The notes: generated from the letters alone by a model not told the origin. DNA of 64,000 nucleotides from Candidatus Aceula meridiana (GCA_030765185.1 JAVCDE010000024.1:187538-251537); one strand, 5' to 3'; shown: positions 32,701 through 41,696, counted from the first letter of the stretch. Program-made: numbers and translations.

Positions 32701-33046
32701 GGCGTTTATATACCTGGTTGGCAATACTATCTTTAAAAGGTTCATAAAAGGAAACCTTCTTTCCTTTCTTAACCTTTATAAATGTTCGAAATCCTTGTGC
32801 CGCAGTATAGCGATAGGCCTTATTCGCAGGCTGAAATTCCATAATCGCCTTATCTTTGCTTTCAATTCCAAAGCTTGAAATACACTGTCCGCGGTTCACA
32901 TAAAACACCCACATTGGAATTCCCCAAACTCCTGCAATGCCCGGAAAGAAATTCGTAAACGGTTTAGCCGTATTATAATTTTCGATAATAAATCGACTGT
33001 CGTTATCAAGATAATACTTTGGTGTTTTTACTTTTACTTTTGTCAT
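29771..33046 (-). CDS. Large (1091 aa) cytoplasmic protein of uncertain family. Probably an (alpha/alpha)6-barrel glycoside phosphorylase/hydrolase-like enzyme.
   Basis: No signal peptide. Motifs resemble six-hairpin glycosidases/phosphorylases: GEGFWTDHWTYNLDLI, PNWYDALNGLPG (DWND-like), GWLENQSIWLHMEYKFL. No exact family recognised. Confidence 0.35.
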   Translation of the reverse strand: MTKVKVKTPKYYLDNDSRFIIENYNTAKPFTNFFPGIAGVWGIPMWVFYVNRGQCISSFGIESKDKAIMEFQPANKAYRYTAAQGFRTFIKVKKGKKVSFYEPFKDSIANQVYKRHNKMAMTAHDLTIEETNETLGIVVRVNYATLPEEQYAALIRKVTVENISAANYQFEVLDGMPSIVPYGFNDRLLKDLSRTVEAWIQVSNLEKKAPYYNLKVIVSDKPYVENIDEGNFYFSFLNHKTKPKLLEPIVQPKCIFGQSKDFDYPKNFLAQENFKVPAKQKTNNKTPSAMSFAKFSLKKGEATTITSMVGHIHSKPQLNRIVRKSVLGEYVQKKMHRNEEIINELKNYVLTNSESRELNLYSMQTFVDNVLRGGLPISLKTDIGTSVLNVFSRKHGDPERDYNYFVLDPTFLSQGNGNYRDVNQNRRNDVWFNRDLKDGSIVDFLNLTQADGYNPLVVRGTAFYFRDSKKAEKLIKQYVQCEDVAFVRNLLKGDFFPGRVLKTIFEEDIHLKTPPDSFLMKILALCHERELADHGEGFWTDHWTYNLDLIESYLNVYPDQLRQLLLKKKVFSFYHNDHYVLPRRNRYILTERGPRQYHSVAKMPEEMLLHKKDDKLRMKKGKKSVYQTTLIAKLLCLVSNKAASLDPSGVGVEMEANKPNWYDALNGLPGLLGSSLSETLELKRFCLFLSDSLNTLGVDDNDSILLFEELAEFVRKLYDVLRDEPYSLSYWEKSNEIKERYRLSVLTGLTGKEKKISILEIKKFLSLVIKRTDKSVRLAKGKKGMATYFFHEITHYKKLNRISAQGLPFVAPLGFKRHNLPLFLEGFVHALRVEKDKKQAQEIYQKVRRSALFDKKLKMYRVNTDLSKETSEIGRARVFPAGWLENQSIWLHMEYKFLLETLRCGLYEEFHEDLSKTAVPFLNAEKYGRSILENSSFIVSSAHEDPHQHGRGYVARLSGSTAEFVHIWLLMNAGLRPFVVDAKGALALQFQPVLKGSFFTTQPTTIRYFNKNQKWQNINFLKDTYAFNFMGSTLVVYHNPKRRDTYKIKIKEIVLTYLKPKKKIKINAEVIPAPHANAVRDNQVERIDVFF

Positions 33047-33057
33047 TATTTCCCCTT

Positions 33058-33840
33058 TTAATACGGATGAACCGATTTTCTAAAAAGATTATAGTAACCA
33101 GATAATTTACCCCAAAGAATAATAGCAAACCTATCTTTATCACCAAACCGAATACGATTAAGCTCATAAAGATTGCGATTAAATCGATCATAACCACGAT
33201 TAGTAGTGCAGGCTGCCTTGTAGCCAACCTCACGAGCCAATTCTTGAACACGAGGGGTAAAGCCACCCGTTGGATAACATAAAAATAAAATTTTGTGATT
33301 TAATTTACTTTCAATAACTCTCTTACTCTTTTTAATCTCCCTTTCCTGGTCAACCTCAGAAAGCTCCGGCAAGTAGGATCCATTCAAAGTATGGCTTTGA
33401 ACCATAATACCAAAAGCCTCCATTTCCTGTGTCTGATCCCAAGTTAAAAATCCTTCTTTGCCAATATCCTCAGGAACAATAAAAATTGTCGCCGGAAAAC
33501 CATGCCGCTTTAAAATCGGAAACGCTTTATAATAATTATCCGCATACCCATCATCAAATGTAATAACAACGCTATTATGCGGCAATGCATTTTGGCTAGT
33601 ACTAGCATCAACAAGCTCTTTGAGAGAAATAACATTGTATTTCCATTTTTTTAAAAATGTCATTTGCGTGTCAAAGTTTACAACGCTTGTGCCGTTCAAA
33701 TGATCAACATTTTCCTCATCCTCTACGTTGTGGTACATCATAATCGGGACAACATATTTTCTAGAAAATTCAACTCTATATGTCCAGACAACAACAGCAA
33801 TTAAAAAAATAACAATAAGGATGCGTCCAAATTTTTTCAT
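33058..33840 (-). CDS. Polysaccharide deacetylase (NodB homology, CE4)
   Basis: ITFDDGYADNY...HT motifs with an N-terminal TM anchor. Confidence 0.75.
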   Translation of the reverse strand: MKKFGRILIVIFLIAVVVWTYRVEFSRKYVVPIMMYHNVEDEENVDHLNGTSVVNFDTQMTFLKKWKYNVISLKELVDASTSQNALPHNSVVITFDDGYADNYYKAFPILKRHGFPATIFIVPEDIGKEGFLTWDQTQEMEAFGIMVQSHTLNGSYLPELSEVDQEREIKKSKRVIESKLNHKILFLCYPTGGFTPRVQELAREVGYKAACTTNRGYDRFNRNLYELNRIRFGDKDRFAIILWGKLSGYYNLFRKSVHPY

Positions 33841-33866
33841 TTTATTTTACGTCCATTAATTTTATT

Positions 33867-34310
33867 TTAAGATAAAGCCTTGCGTACTAAATCAGAGACC
33901 ATTTTGTTATCTGCGCGGCCTTCAAGCTTGGGAACAGCGGCCTTCATGACCGCACCCATATCTTTCATGCTTGAGGCCCCAAGCTTTTTAACAGTTTCGT
34001 CAATAGCAGCTCTTACCTCATCTTCAGAAAGCTCTTTGGGTAGATAGGCTTTTAAAATCTCTAATTCTTGTCTTTCTTTGGCAGCCAGGTCTTCTCTGCC
34101 GCCTTTTTCAAACTGACTAATTGAGTCCTGGCGCTGCTTAACTTGCTTTTTAATAACCACGATGACATCTGTATCTTTAAGGTCTTCACCTTTTCGCTCA
34201 ATGCCAAGATTCTTAATCTGGGCTCTTAAAAAGCTTAACGTATCCCTCTTAAGCGTATTTTTATCTTTCATTGCCTGGATATAATCTTGAGAAATTTGAT
34301 TTTCTAGCAT
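33867..34310 (-). CDS. GatB/YqeY domain protein
   Basis: Full-length similarity to the YqeY family. Confidence 0.8.
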   Translation of the reverse strand: MLENQISQDYIQAMKDKNTLKRDTLSFLRAQIKNLGIERKGEDLKDTDVIVVIKKQVKQRQDSISQFEKGGREDLAAKERQELEILKAYLPKELSEDEVRAAIDETVKKLGASSMKDMGAVMKAAVPKLEGRADNKMVSDLVRKALS

Positions 34311-34327
34311 TTTCTCTTACCCCTCGT

Positions 34328-34570
34328 TTAAAGTCCTTTTATATTAATTGTTTTATGGCGCGATTTCAAACCTTTTATAATTGTAATATCAGCCTTTCGC
34401 ACATTATAATGCTTTGCCAAGAACTGAATTAAAGCCTTATTAGCTTTTCCATCAACAGCCGGTGCTGTTAAATAAACTTTACCCCCACCGAGCTCCTCTT
34501 CAAACAAGTCAGCGTCTTCTTTAAATAAATTACGTTTTGCCCCAGGGATAACTTTAAGTATTATTTTCAT
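34328..34570 (-). CDS. DUF167 (YggU-like) protein
   Basis: 80 aa with VDGKANKALIQFLAK motif. Confidence 0.7.
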   Translation of the reverse strand: MKIILKVIPGAKRNLFKEDADLFEEELGGGKVYLTAPAVDGKANKALIQFLAKHYNVRKADITIIKGLKSRHKTINIKGL

Positions 34571-34728
34571 ACAAATATCTACAGCCTCTCAGGGCACTTC
34601 TCAGATTTCCTCTCTAGGGGGTCATCCTAAATCCCGAAGGGCTCAAGATTATTCTAGATCCTTTTAGCTTTTTATATATTTATTACTAAAAATATCAACC
34701 CTAATTCTACACGAAGAAAGGCAACGGC

Positions 34729-35502
34729 TCAAGATAAAACCATTAATCCTCCGTAGCGGTCGAGCCAGCTCTCGCAAGAAGAATAATCCGGGCAAACTTT
34801 CTTAATCTTTTGCCAAAAACGCTTCGAATGGTTTGGAACCTTAAGATGCGTTAGTTCGTGAATAATAATATAATCAATAACCGCTTGAGGTGCCATAACC
34901 ATTTTCCAATTTAGATGAACGCTTTGACTATGATAATGGCAACTTCCCCAAATTTTCTTCTGGCTGCGAACAGTGACCTTTGAAGGATCCACCCCTAAAA
35001 ACCGTGCTAAAGGAAAAATGCGTCCCGCCAAAATTTCTTTCGCTTGTTTTCGGTACCAGACGATTAAAGCTTTTTGTACAGAAGGCTCCACCGCATGCGC
35101 AGGCATATCAAAAGGAATGCCGACTTCCAAATATTTATCTGTTAAACTAATTTTCAGACGCTTACCATCTGAAGGCGCATAACGCAGACTGTATCTCTCA
35201 CCTAAAAATAAAAATTCAGCTCCATTGCGGTAGGATCTTTTTCCCCTAGTAAAAAAACGCTTTTCAAATCCCTTAATTTTATCAAAAATCCACCTTGCTT
35301 TTTGCCGGATAAAATCTGCAATCTCCTTTTCTCGGAGAGACTTCGGTGCAAAAACTTTAACTTTAAGGTCTTGATCAATCTCAATTGCAATGGTAAACCG
35401 ACGGGCAGAACGAATAAGAAGATAGGAAATCTCCCCAAGCGGAGTTGTAATCTCGCGCGACGTAATTTCTCGCGGTGTTTTATTCAAAAAACGATACGTC
35501 AA
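34729..35502 (-). CDS. DUF45/YgjP-like zinc metallohydrolase
   Basis: HEXXH as IIIHELTHLKVPNHS near the C-terminus. Confidence 0.7.
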   Translation of the reverse strand: MTYRFLNKTPREITSREITTPLGEISYLLIRSARRFTIAIEIDQDLKVKVFAPKSLREKEIADFIRQKARWIFDKIKGFEKRFFTRGKRSYRNGAEFLFLGERYSLRYAPSDGKRLKISLTDKYLEVGIPFDMPAHAVEPSVQKALIVWYRKQAKEILAGRIFPLARFLGVDPSKVTVRSQKKIWGSCHYHSQSVHLNWKMVMAPQAVIDYIIIHELTHLKVPNHSKRFWQKIKKVCPDYSSCESWLDRYGGLMVLS

Positions 35503-36634
35503 TGTTAACTTTTGGCCCTACGTTAGGAGCTGCTGATGCACTATTAACTGACTCGCCATCTCGAATAATATATCCTCGGTTACCCTGGGCTAACTCAATC
35601 TGATCTTTTTGTCGTTGAACTTCTCGACGGGCTGAGGCGGCTTGGCGTTTAAGCTCATGGATGCGCTGTTTGGCAAGTCCGATTCCTTTTTTATGGTCAA
35701 AAATACGAGCCATTAAAGTTGAGTATTTTAAGTCCGTCATTTTTAATTGGGCATCGTCAACACGTGACTGATAAGCAGCTGAATTATTTCTCCAGACTTC
35801 TGGATCCTGAGAGATAGCAGCATTCATCTCTGTCTTAAGGGCTGCTAATTCCTGGCGTAAAATATCACGCTCTTTTAAAAGCGATACCGCTTGCTCATTT
35901 AAATTTGCTGTTTGCGCCTTAGAAAGTTCAATTTTTAGGCCACTAATTTCTTCTTGAGTTTGTTGGTTTTCTACCTGGGTCCTGGCAAGTAAGCTTTCAG
36001 TCTGCGCCAGAATAACACGGGTCGCGTTGTACTCGTTATTTAGCTCTGTCAAAACCTCTGCCTGGATTGTATATTGTTCCCTCGAAAAACGCAAAAGCCC
36101 TGCCTGGTTTGTCGCTGCACCCATCATCAAATGGTTTGATTTCTCAATAGTACGATGAACGCCTACTTGCTGACGCAATACAATAAATCCTAAAACGACT
36201 AAAATAAGAAAAAGCGCAATATTAACGATGTCTTTAAAATTATCCATGCGCTGAATGCTGACAATACGGCTTTGAACTCTTGTCTTTAGGCCCGTCAAAT
36301 CCTCTGCGGATGGATTAACAAATTCAATCCCACAAAGCAGGCTATGATTAAAAAATCCCTTTTCCTTTGACCAAACAACGCGCCCTTGCGATGGTAAAAA
36401 ATTATCTTTACTCTCTCTTTCCAGTCGAAGGCCTAAAACAGTCCCATTGCCAATAGGCCTTAAGGCTTTTGCCTCAAGCAGAGCCCCGGTTGAACTGATA
36501 TCTTTAATTCTTCCCGAGCCAAAAAAAGTGCTAATCTCAGACGACAGATTAACAGCCAGGTTTTCTCTGATACGAAACTTCCTTCGCCCTTCCTGATAAA
36601 GCTTCGCTGGAAAACCAAACATATTTCTTTTCAT
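35480..36634 (-). CDS. PilZ-domain protein with a TM segment and a long C-terminal coiled coil
   Basis: N-terminal RRKFRIR...DISSTGALL PilZ motifs, a TM segment (IVNIALFLILVVLGFIVL), then a heptad-rich region. Confidence 0.55.
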   Translation of the reverse strand: MKRNMFGFPAKLYQEGRRKFRIRENLAVNLSSEISTFFGSGRIKDISSTGALLEAKALRPIGNGTVLGLRLERESKDNFLPSQGRVVWSKEKGFFNHSLLCGIEFVNPSAEDLTGLKTRVQSRIVSIQRMDNFKDIVNIALFLILVVLGFIVLRQQVGVHRTIEKSNHLMMGAATNQAGLLRFSREQYTIQAEVLTELNNEYNATRVILAQTESLLARTQVENQQTQEEISGLKIELSKAQTANLNEQAVSLLKERDILRQELAALKTEMNAAISQDPEVWRNNSAAYQSRVDDAQLKMTDLKYSTLMARIFDHKKGIGLAKQRIHELKRQAASARREVQRQKDQIELAQGNRGYIIRDGESVNSASAAPNVGPKVNIDVSFFE

Positions 36635-36793
36635 AATGCCTCCTAAAATTTAGGCACAAAAAAAACCCCACAAAAAGGGCTTTCTTCTATGATAAAATTA
36701 ATAAATTTATTTTTGTCATTTATATACATATAAGGATTAATATTATAAAAATATTATAGCGCAGAAATCAGCTTATCACAATAGAATTTTCTT

Positions 36794-36955
36794 CTACCAG
36801 CGAACAGTATAGCCGTCCTTTTTGCGCGCCTCATCAATCTCCCTTTGGCGCTGCTGGTACTTTTCCTGCAGATTATAATCTTTCTGAGTGTAATTGCACC
36901 CGAAAATACTTAAACTTGCGGTAATAAAAATGCAGTATACAAAAATTTTCCTCAA
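36794..36955 (-). CDS. Small (53 aa) putative lipoprotein/secreted peptide
   Basis: TTG at 36953-36955 preceded by AAAGGAG. Signal-peptide-like RKIFVYCIFITASLSIFGC. The longer track ORF overlaps the preceding nuclease gene. Confidence 0.3.
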   Translation of the reverse strand: MRKIFVYCIFITASLSIFGCNYTQKDYNLQEKYQQRQREIDEARKKDGYTVRW

Positions 36956-37746
36956 AACAAAAACTCCTTTTGCTCCTCGGCCTTTGCTGTCGCTGGCTCC
37001 AAAGCACTTTGAGCGGCCGCCCGATATTGACAATGTTCACAATTATCTGCCGAATCCGGAATATCATCATTCATTAAACATGCATGGGCTTGATCAATAA
37101 AATCGTCAACCCAAGCATCGCTACCCTTGTAAGGAATGATTTCAACATCAAAATCTAAGTGATCTTCAAAACCCGCCCTATCTCTTCCTGCATTGCAATA
37201 AACAAAATATCCGGTATCGGAGATATCAAATTCATTGCGGCGCAAAAGCCATTGGTAAATTTCCATCTGACGCTTATACGCCTCTTTCCACCGACCATCA
37301 AGAGTAATCGGTCCTTTGGTACTCGTTGCCTTATAATCAACAACATAAAGCTTTTTATCCTTGGCAATCCAAAGATCATCAATAGCACCAAAAATAATTA
37401 AATTGTGTTTTGTATCGTAGGCTTGAACTCCTACAAAATTTTCTCTCCAAGTATCTAGTCTCGAATGGGCAAACGGAATCGCATCGACATGATATTTTTC
37501 CATCAAAGGGTGTGGCTCTCTACGAGCACGATAAACATCAAACTCTTTTTTTAATAATGCATCTACGGCGCTATTTAAAGTAAATGCCGGCATACTAGGC
37601 TTATCAACACCTAAGCGCCTATCTAAATAGAAACAACGCGGGCATTGAGAAAACATTTCTAAACGACTACGGCTTAATTTGAAAGGTGTTTTTGATTTAG
37701 GATTAAAAAGATTGCGCGTGCGTTTATACGAATTATTTCTCATCAT
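36952..37746 (-). CDS. PD-(D/E)XK nuclease with a Cas4-like four-Cys Fe-S cluster arrangement (RecB-family nuclease domain)
   Basis: N-terminal QCPRCFY, a D...VVDYK catalytic-like motif, and C-terminal C...C-x2-C (CLMND...CEHCQY). Confidence 0.55.
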   Translation of the reverse strand: MMRNNSYKRTRNLFNPKSKTPFKLSRSRLEMFSQCPRCFYLDRRLGVDKPSMPAFTLNSAVDALLKKEFDVYRARREPHPLMEKYHVDAIPFAHSRLDTWRENFVGVQAYDTKHNLIIFGAIDDLWIAKDKKLYVVDYKATSTKGPITLDGRWKEAYKRQMEIYQWLLRRNEFDISDTGYFVYCNAGRDRAGFEDHLDFDVEIIPYKGSDAWVDDFIDQAHACLMNDDIPDSADNCEHCQYRAAAQSALEPATAKAEEQKEFLF

Positions 37747-39635
37747 TTAAAAATTGTGTCTAGGATGTCTGTAATTAGCTTCTCTTCAGGCGCTGGCTCT
37801 TTACTTTTCTCGCCGCCTGTTGGTGCAGAACCCTCTCCCCTTGCCTGCGGCTCATCTTCCTCGTCGTTGCCTAAAGCTTTCTTAAGAAGTTTTTGAAGTT
37901 CCTGCTTCCCTCGCTTTTTCAAGAATTGCTGTCCGATATAAGATAAATCCGGCATGTATCTTAGTCCATCAGGAATTTGCCCGCTAATATTAACCGGAAT
38001 CATAATTTGCCCAGTGTCATCAACCAAGAAATTTAAATCTTTAACCGTCTCAGCCATGGCTTTTGATAAATCTCTTGGAATCAAAAGCCTCGCCTGCATC
38101 TTGCAATTTAAATCAAAATCAAAAACACCTTGACCTTTAAGCACAAAAGCATCGCTCTCAACCAATGCTTCATCGAGATAAATATTATTATCTTGAATAT
38201 GCAATTTAACACGGACGTCATTAAGGGGCGTATCTTTATCTTGAAGTTTTTCTTTGTACTTTGGAGGCAAATTTTCCTCAAGCTTTTCCGCTAAAGAGGG
38301 AATTGCGTCAATCTGGCTTAAGATAAGTTTTAGGACATTAATGTCGGTAAGCTTCCCATCTTTAATCGTTAACTGATTTGTCCCAGCCTGAGGACGAAGA
38401 GAAACTAAAGAAACTAAACCCTTGCCATTAATTTGCGCATCAGCTGAAACAAGTCCCTCGAGCTTAACGTCTTGGCCTTGCTGATTAATCACTTTTGCAA
38501 TATCAATCTTATCGATATTAAGATTAAACTTATAATCTTGAGCCTTTGTGTAATCCCGAATAGAACCTTCAAAGAAAACTTTTCCATCTCCTAAGGAAAA
38601 CCCAGCTTTATCCACCTGGACATTACCGTCTTCAACCTCAAGTGCTGCATTAATATTCTCTAAAGGAACTTTTAATTTCTCGACATGTGCTGTTGCGTCT
38701 TTAATGCCGGCATCCATAGTTAAATCCGAAATTCCTTTTGCTCCAATTTCAGCTACGCGGATATTTGCGGTCAATCTACCTTGAAGCGGATCTTTGAGCC
38801 CAACAGCCTCTAAGGCCGGAGATATTTGTTCAAATTCTTTAGCGGAAAGTTTTGACAAGTCGAAGTCAATCTTGACGTCGCGAAGATACAGCAAAAGATT
38901 GGCTAGGTCAATTTTGGTTTTTCCAGAAAGAGAAAAATTTTCCTCATCCCCAAAAATAGCGGCTTTCGCCGAGAAAGAAAACGGTTTAACTAAAGAAAAA
39001 TCATTAATACTAAGACTTAAATTCTCAACTTTGGCCCCGGATCCAACCTGCTCTGTTTTGTCGCTAAAGCTCACAGAGGCATTGCTGACCTCAAAATCAC
39101 GAATCAACAAAGATGACAAAGCGGCTAAAACATTCGCTGGGATAGAATTGTCCTGCGTTGGCTTTGGGGCACTCTTTTTTGCTTCAAAAACATCCTGCGC
39201 TGCTTTGTCCTCTTTTAAAAAATCAAAAGATAAAATATTTAAAAATCCTTGGGTATCCCGAACAATGTAAATTTTGGGTGAGTCCAAAGAAATCTCAGAA
39301 ACAAGAACTTCTCTTTTTTTCAAAAATGGTAAGATTCCGACTCCCAATCGCACGGCCTCAACACTAAAAAGATTTTGATTAGAAAACTGCAAACTATCGG
39401 AGATCTCAAAACCTTCAAGCGAAAGATCAATACCGTCTTTGAAAGAAAAATTAAGTGCAATGTCTTTTAATCTAACATCCCGCCCCAAAACAGTCTCAAG
39501 TTTCTCTATAATCTGCGGCTTTAGCGTATTTGCATCAAAATTCTTAACTAAAAAGAATACTCCGCCACCTATTAAAAGGGCTACTAAAGAAACCAAAATA
39601 ACAAATACAATCAAAATAATTTTTAAAACTTTCAT
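37743..39635 (-). CDS. AsmA-family outer-membrane assembly protein
   Basis: N-terminal TM anchor and an AsmA-like repetitive beta-rich periplasmic domain. Confidence 0.65.
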   Translation of the reverse strand: MKVLKIILIVFVILVSLVALLIGGGVFFLVKNFDANTLKPQIIEKLETVLGRDVRLKDIALNFSFKDGIDLSLEGFEISDSLQFSNQNLFSVEAVRLGVGILPFLKKREVLVSEISLDSPKIYIVRDTQGFLNILSFDFLKEDKAAQDVFEAKKSAPKPTQDNSIPANVLAALSSLLIRDFEVSNASVSFSDKTEQVGSGAKVENLSLSINDFSLVKPFSFSAKAAIFGDEENFSLSGKTKIDLANLLLYLRDVKIDFDLSKLSAKEFEQISPALEAVGLKDPLQGRLTANIRVAEIGAKGISDLTMDAGIKDATAHVEKLKVPLENINAALEVEDGNVQVDKAGFSLGDGKVFFEGSIRDYTKAQDYKFNLNIDKIDIAKVINQQGQDVKLEGLVSADAQINGKGLVSLVSLRPQAGTNQLTIKDGKLTDINVLKLILSQIDAIPSLAEKLEENLPPKYKEKLQDKDTPLNDVRVKLHIQDNNIYLDEALVESDAFVLKGQGVFDFDLNCKMQARLLIPRDLSKAMAETVKDLNFLVDDTGQIMIPVNISGQIPDGLRYMPDLSYIGQQFLKKRGKQELQKLLKKALGNDEEDEPQARGEGSAPTGGEKSKEPAPEEKLITDILDTIFK

Positions 39636-39667
39636 TTATTATCCTTCGTTTAATTCGCGCTAAAAGG

Positions 39668-41155
39668 TTAAAAATCTTTTTCGGAAAAAACTTGTGCTGT
39701 AAAAACTTCTAGGGTGACCGAGGGGTCCTTCCACGCATCTGCAGGCAAACCTGCTTTCTGAGTGCACAAAACAGATAAAAATTGTTCTTTAGTCCACCCC
39801 TGCTCAGTTCCGACTTGCGGCAAGAATAACCCTTTATGAAACAAGCCCTTGCTAACAATAACACCGTGTGTACCAATAACAATCTCATCAGCGCTGTTGA
39901 CTTTCCAAGGCTTGGACAAAACCGAAATCTCAATTTCTAAATCTTTTAATTCACTTGTCCCAACCGGGCTAAAACGCGGATCTTGAGTTGATGAGGCGAT
40001 TGCCATGTCACGTATAGTTTTATAAAGCGGCCCGCGCCCTAAAATATTTCCGATGCACCCCCGTAAATTCCCATTCTTATAAATCGTAACAAATGCCCCC
40101 TCTTCTAGGTTAAGCCGAGGATCTGCTTCTTTAAAATCTAATTTCTTTCCGGTTTTAATATACGTTGTCATGGTTTCCTTGGCTATCTCTAAAAGGCGTT
40201 TTTTCTGCGCGTCATTTAGGACAACGGTCTTATCTTTTAAAATCTTTTTTTCATTCTTTTTTTCATCCGGATAAAAAACTGCAGAAAAATATCCCACCAC
40301 AGCGCTCTTGTCTCCAGTAACATCACCGGAGTCTGCATATTTCAAAATCTTTGAGACAAGGCCCCTCTTTTTGGCATACAAAAGTGCTGTTGCTACAGGT
40401 CCAAATCCGCACAATTCAACTTTTTTCTGTTGACACCCTTGCCAAAGGGCTTCAGCTTCCAAATTTTGAACCAGCGCCATAGCCATCTTGTCCATTTTGC
40501 CAGCGGTTGTCGCATCATGATAATGTGACATGTCTGTGCTAATCACGATAAGCACATCATCACGATTACCGATAGCTCCATCCAAAGCCAATGCCAATTC
40601 TTGGCATGTTTTAAAATTCGGCCTGCCCATTAAAATTGGGACAATCTTAAAATCTTTAAATGTTTTTTGTATAAAAGGAATTTGAACTTCCAAGGCATGT
40701 TCACGAGAAAAAGCCTCTTTAATAAATTTAAAATTTGCATCTCTTGCACTAATATTGTCAGTAAAGTCCTGATCCACTTCAACTGAACCTAAAGGTGTTT
40801 CAAAGCTGCCTTCCGGCCAAATTGAAGCACCATCAAACCCTACGAAATGACTCGGAGCAATAACAACAATGGTTTTATATTCTCCTTTGCTTGCAGCTTT
40901 ATAGCCATAGGCGGCCACGCCGCCGGAATAAACATACCCGGCATGTGGAGCAATTAGAACTTCAACGTGTTCGGCAAGCGGAGAAATATCTGCCTTGTTT
41001 AAAAAATTGTCAATATTTTGAGAAAGTTTTTTGGGATTGGAAGAATAGAATTGCCCGCTAACGTTGGGGCGTTTGATATTATCTTGAGTAAAACCCTTAG
41101 CGCACATAAGAAATAAAAGGATAAAAAGAGTGGTTTGAATGAAAAAACGTTTCAC
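39668..41155 (-). CDS. Fusion of a Memo-like protein (AmmeMemoRadiSam system protein B) with a C-terminal AMMECR1 domain (protein A). Possible N-terminal signal peptide.
   Basis: IAPHAGYVYSG Memo motif and C-terminal GAFVTIYKNGNLRGCIG AMMECR1 motif. Start tentatively at the GTG at 41155 (MKRFFIQTTLFILLFLMCAKG-FTQ). The track start at 41230 runs through what looks like AT-rich promoter DNA. Confidence 0.65.
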   Translation of the reverse strand: MKRFFIQTTLFILLFLMCAKGFTQDNIKRPNVSGQFYSSNPKKLSQNIDNFLNKADISPLAEHVEVLIAPHAGYVYSGGVAAYGYKAASKGEYKTIVVIAPSHFVGFDGASIWPEGSFETPLGSVEVDQDFTDNISARDANFKFIKEAFSREHALEVQIPFIQKTFKDFKIVPILMGRPNFKTCQELALALDGAIGNRDDVLIVISTDMSHYHDATTAGKMDKMAMALVQNLEAEALWQGCQQKKVELCGFGPVATALLYAKKRGLVSKILKYADSGDVTGDKSAVVGYFSAVFYPDEKKNEKKILKDKTVVLNDAQKKRLLEIAKETMTTYIKTGKKLDFKEADPRLNLEEGAFVTIYKNGNLRGCIGNILGRGPLYKTIRDMAIASSTQDPRFSPVGTSELKDLEIEISVLSKPWKVNSADEIVIGTHGVIVSKGLFHKGLFLPQVGTEQGWTKEQFLSVLCTQKAGLPADAWKDPSVTLEVFTAQVFSEKDF

Positions 41156-41241
41156 AAAAATATTTTTATAAATATTATTAATAAATAAAAAAATGAACGA
41201 CTTTATTATAGCAAAAAAGAAAAATAACAAGGAGAGTTTTT

Positions 41242-41673
41242 TTAAGAGGTAATTTCGCCTTGATCGCGGTTTTTATCTAGGAAGGTTAGCATTTCTTTGG
41301 TGTAATAATCCATAAATTTCCGGCCTGCCTCGGAAGCAGTTTCCGCTAGCTTGACACCTGTTTCATAGGCTGCGCCCTCTTCAATTTTCTTAAACCAGAT
41401 AACACGCGCCGCTAGAGTCACTTTCCCTTTATCAGGAATTTCAAAGCTTAAATGAACTTCTTCGCCAATCGATGGCTTATCTTTGATGCGAAGCCTTAGG
41501 CCGTTACCGCTGATATCTAAAGTCGAGGCTTGATTAAGGTCGTCTTGAATAGCCGCCAGCTTGTATTCGATGGGAAGCTGAACTGAAAAACGCTTGTATG
41601 CACGCGATTCCGGAGGTGGCGGATGATGAGGCTCGTTAGGTTTCTGCCCTTCGTCAGGCTTCTGTTCTTCCAT
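41242..41673 (-). CDS. Small PilZ-domain protein (c-di-GMP-receptor-like) with a Pro/His-rich N-terminus
   Basis: RAYKRF...DISGNGLRL PilZ signature. Confidence 0.55.
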   Translation of the reverse strand: MEEQKPDEGQKPNEPHHPPPPESRAYKRFSVQLPIEYKLAAIQDDLNQASTLDISGNGLRLRIKDKPSIGEEVHLSFEIPDKGKVTLAARVIWFKKIEEGAAYETGVKLAETASEAGRKFMDYYTKEMLTFLDKNRDQGEITS

Positions 41674-41696
41674 ACTTTATGAATAGCATTAAAAAA

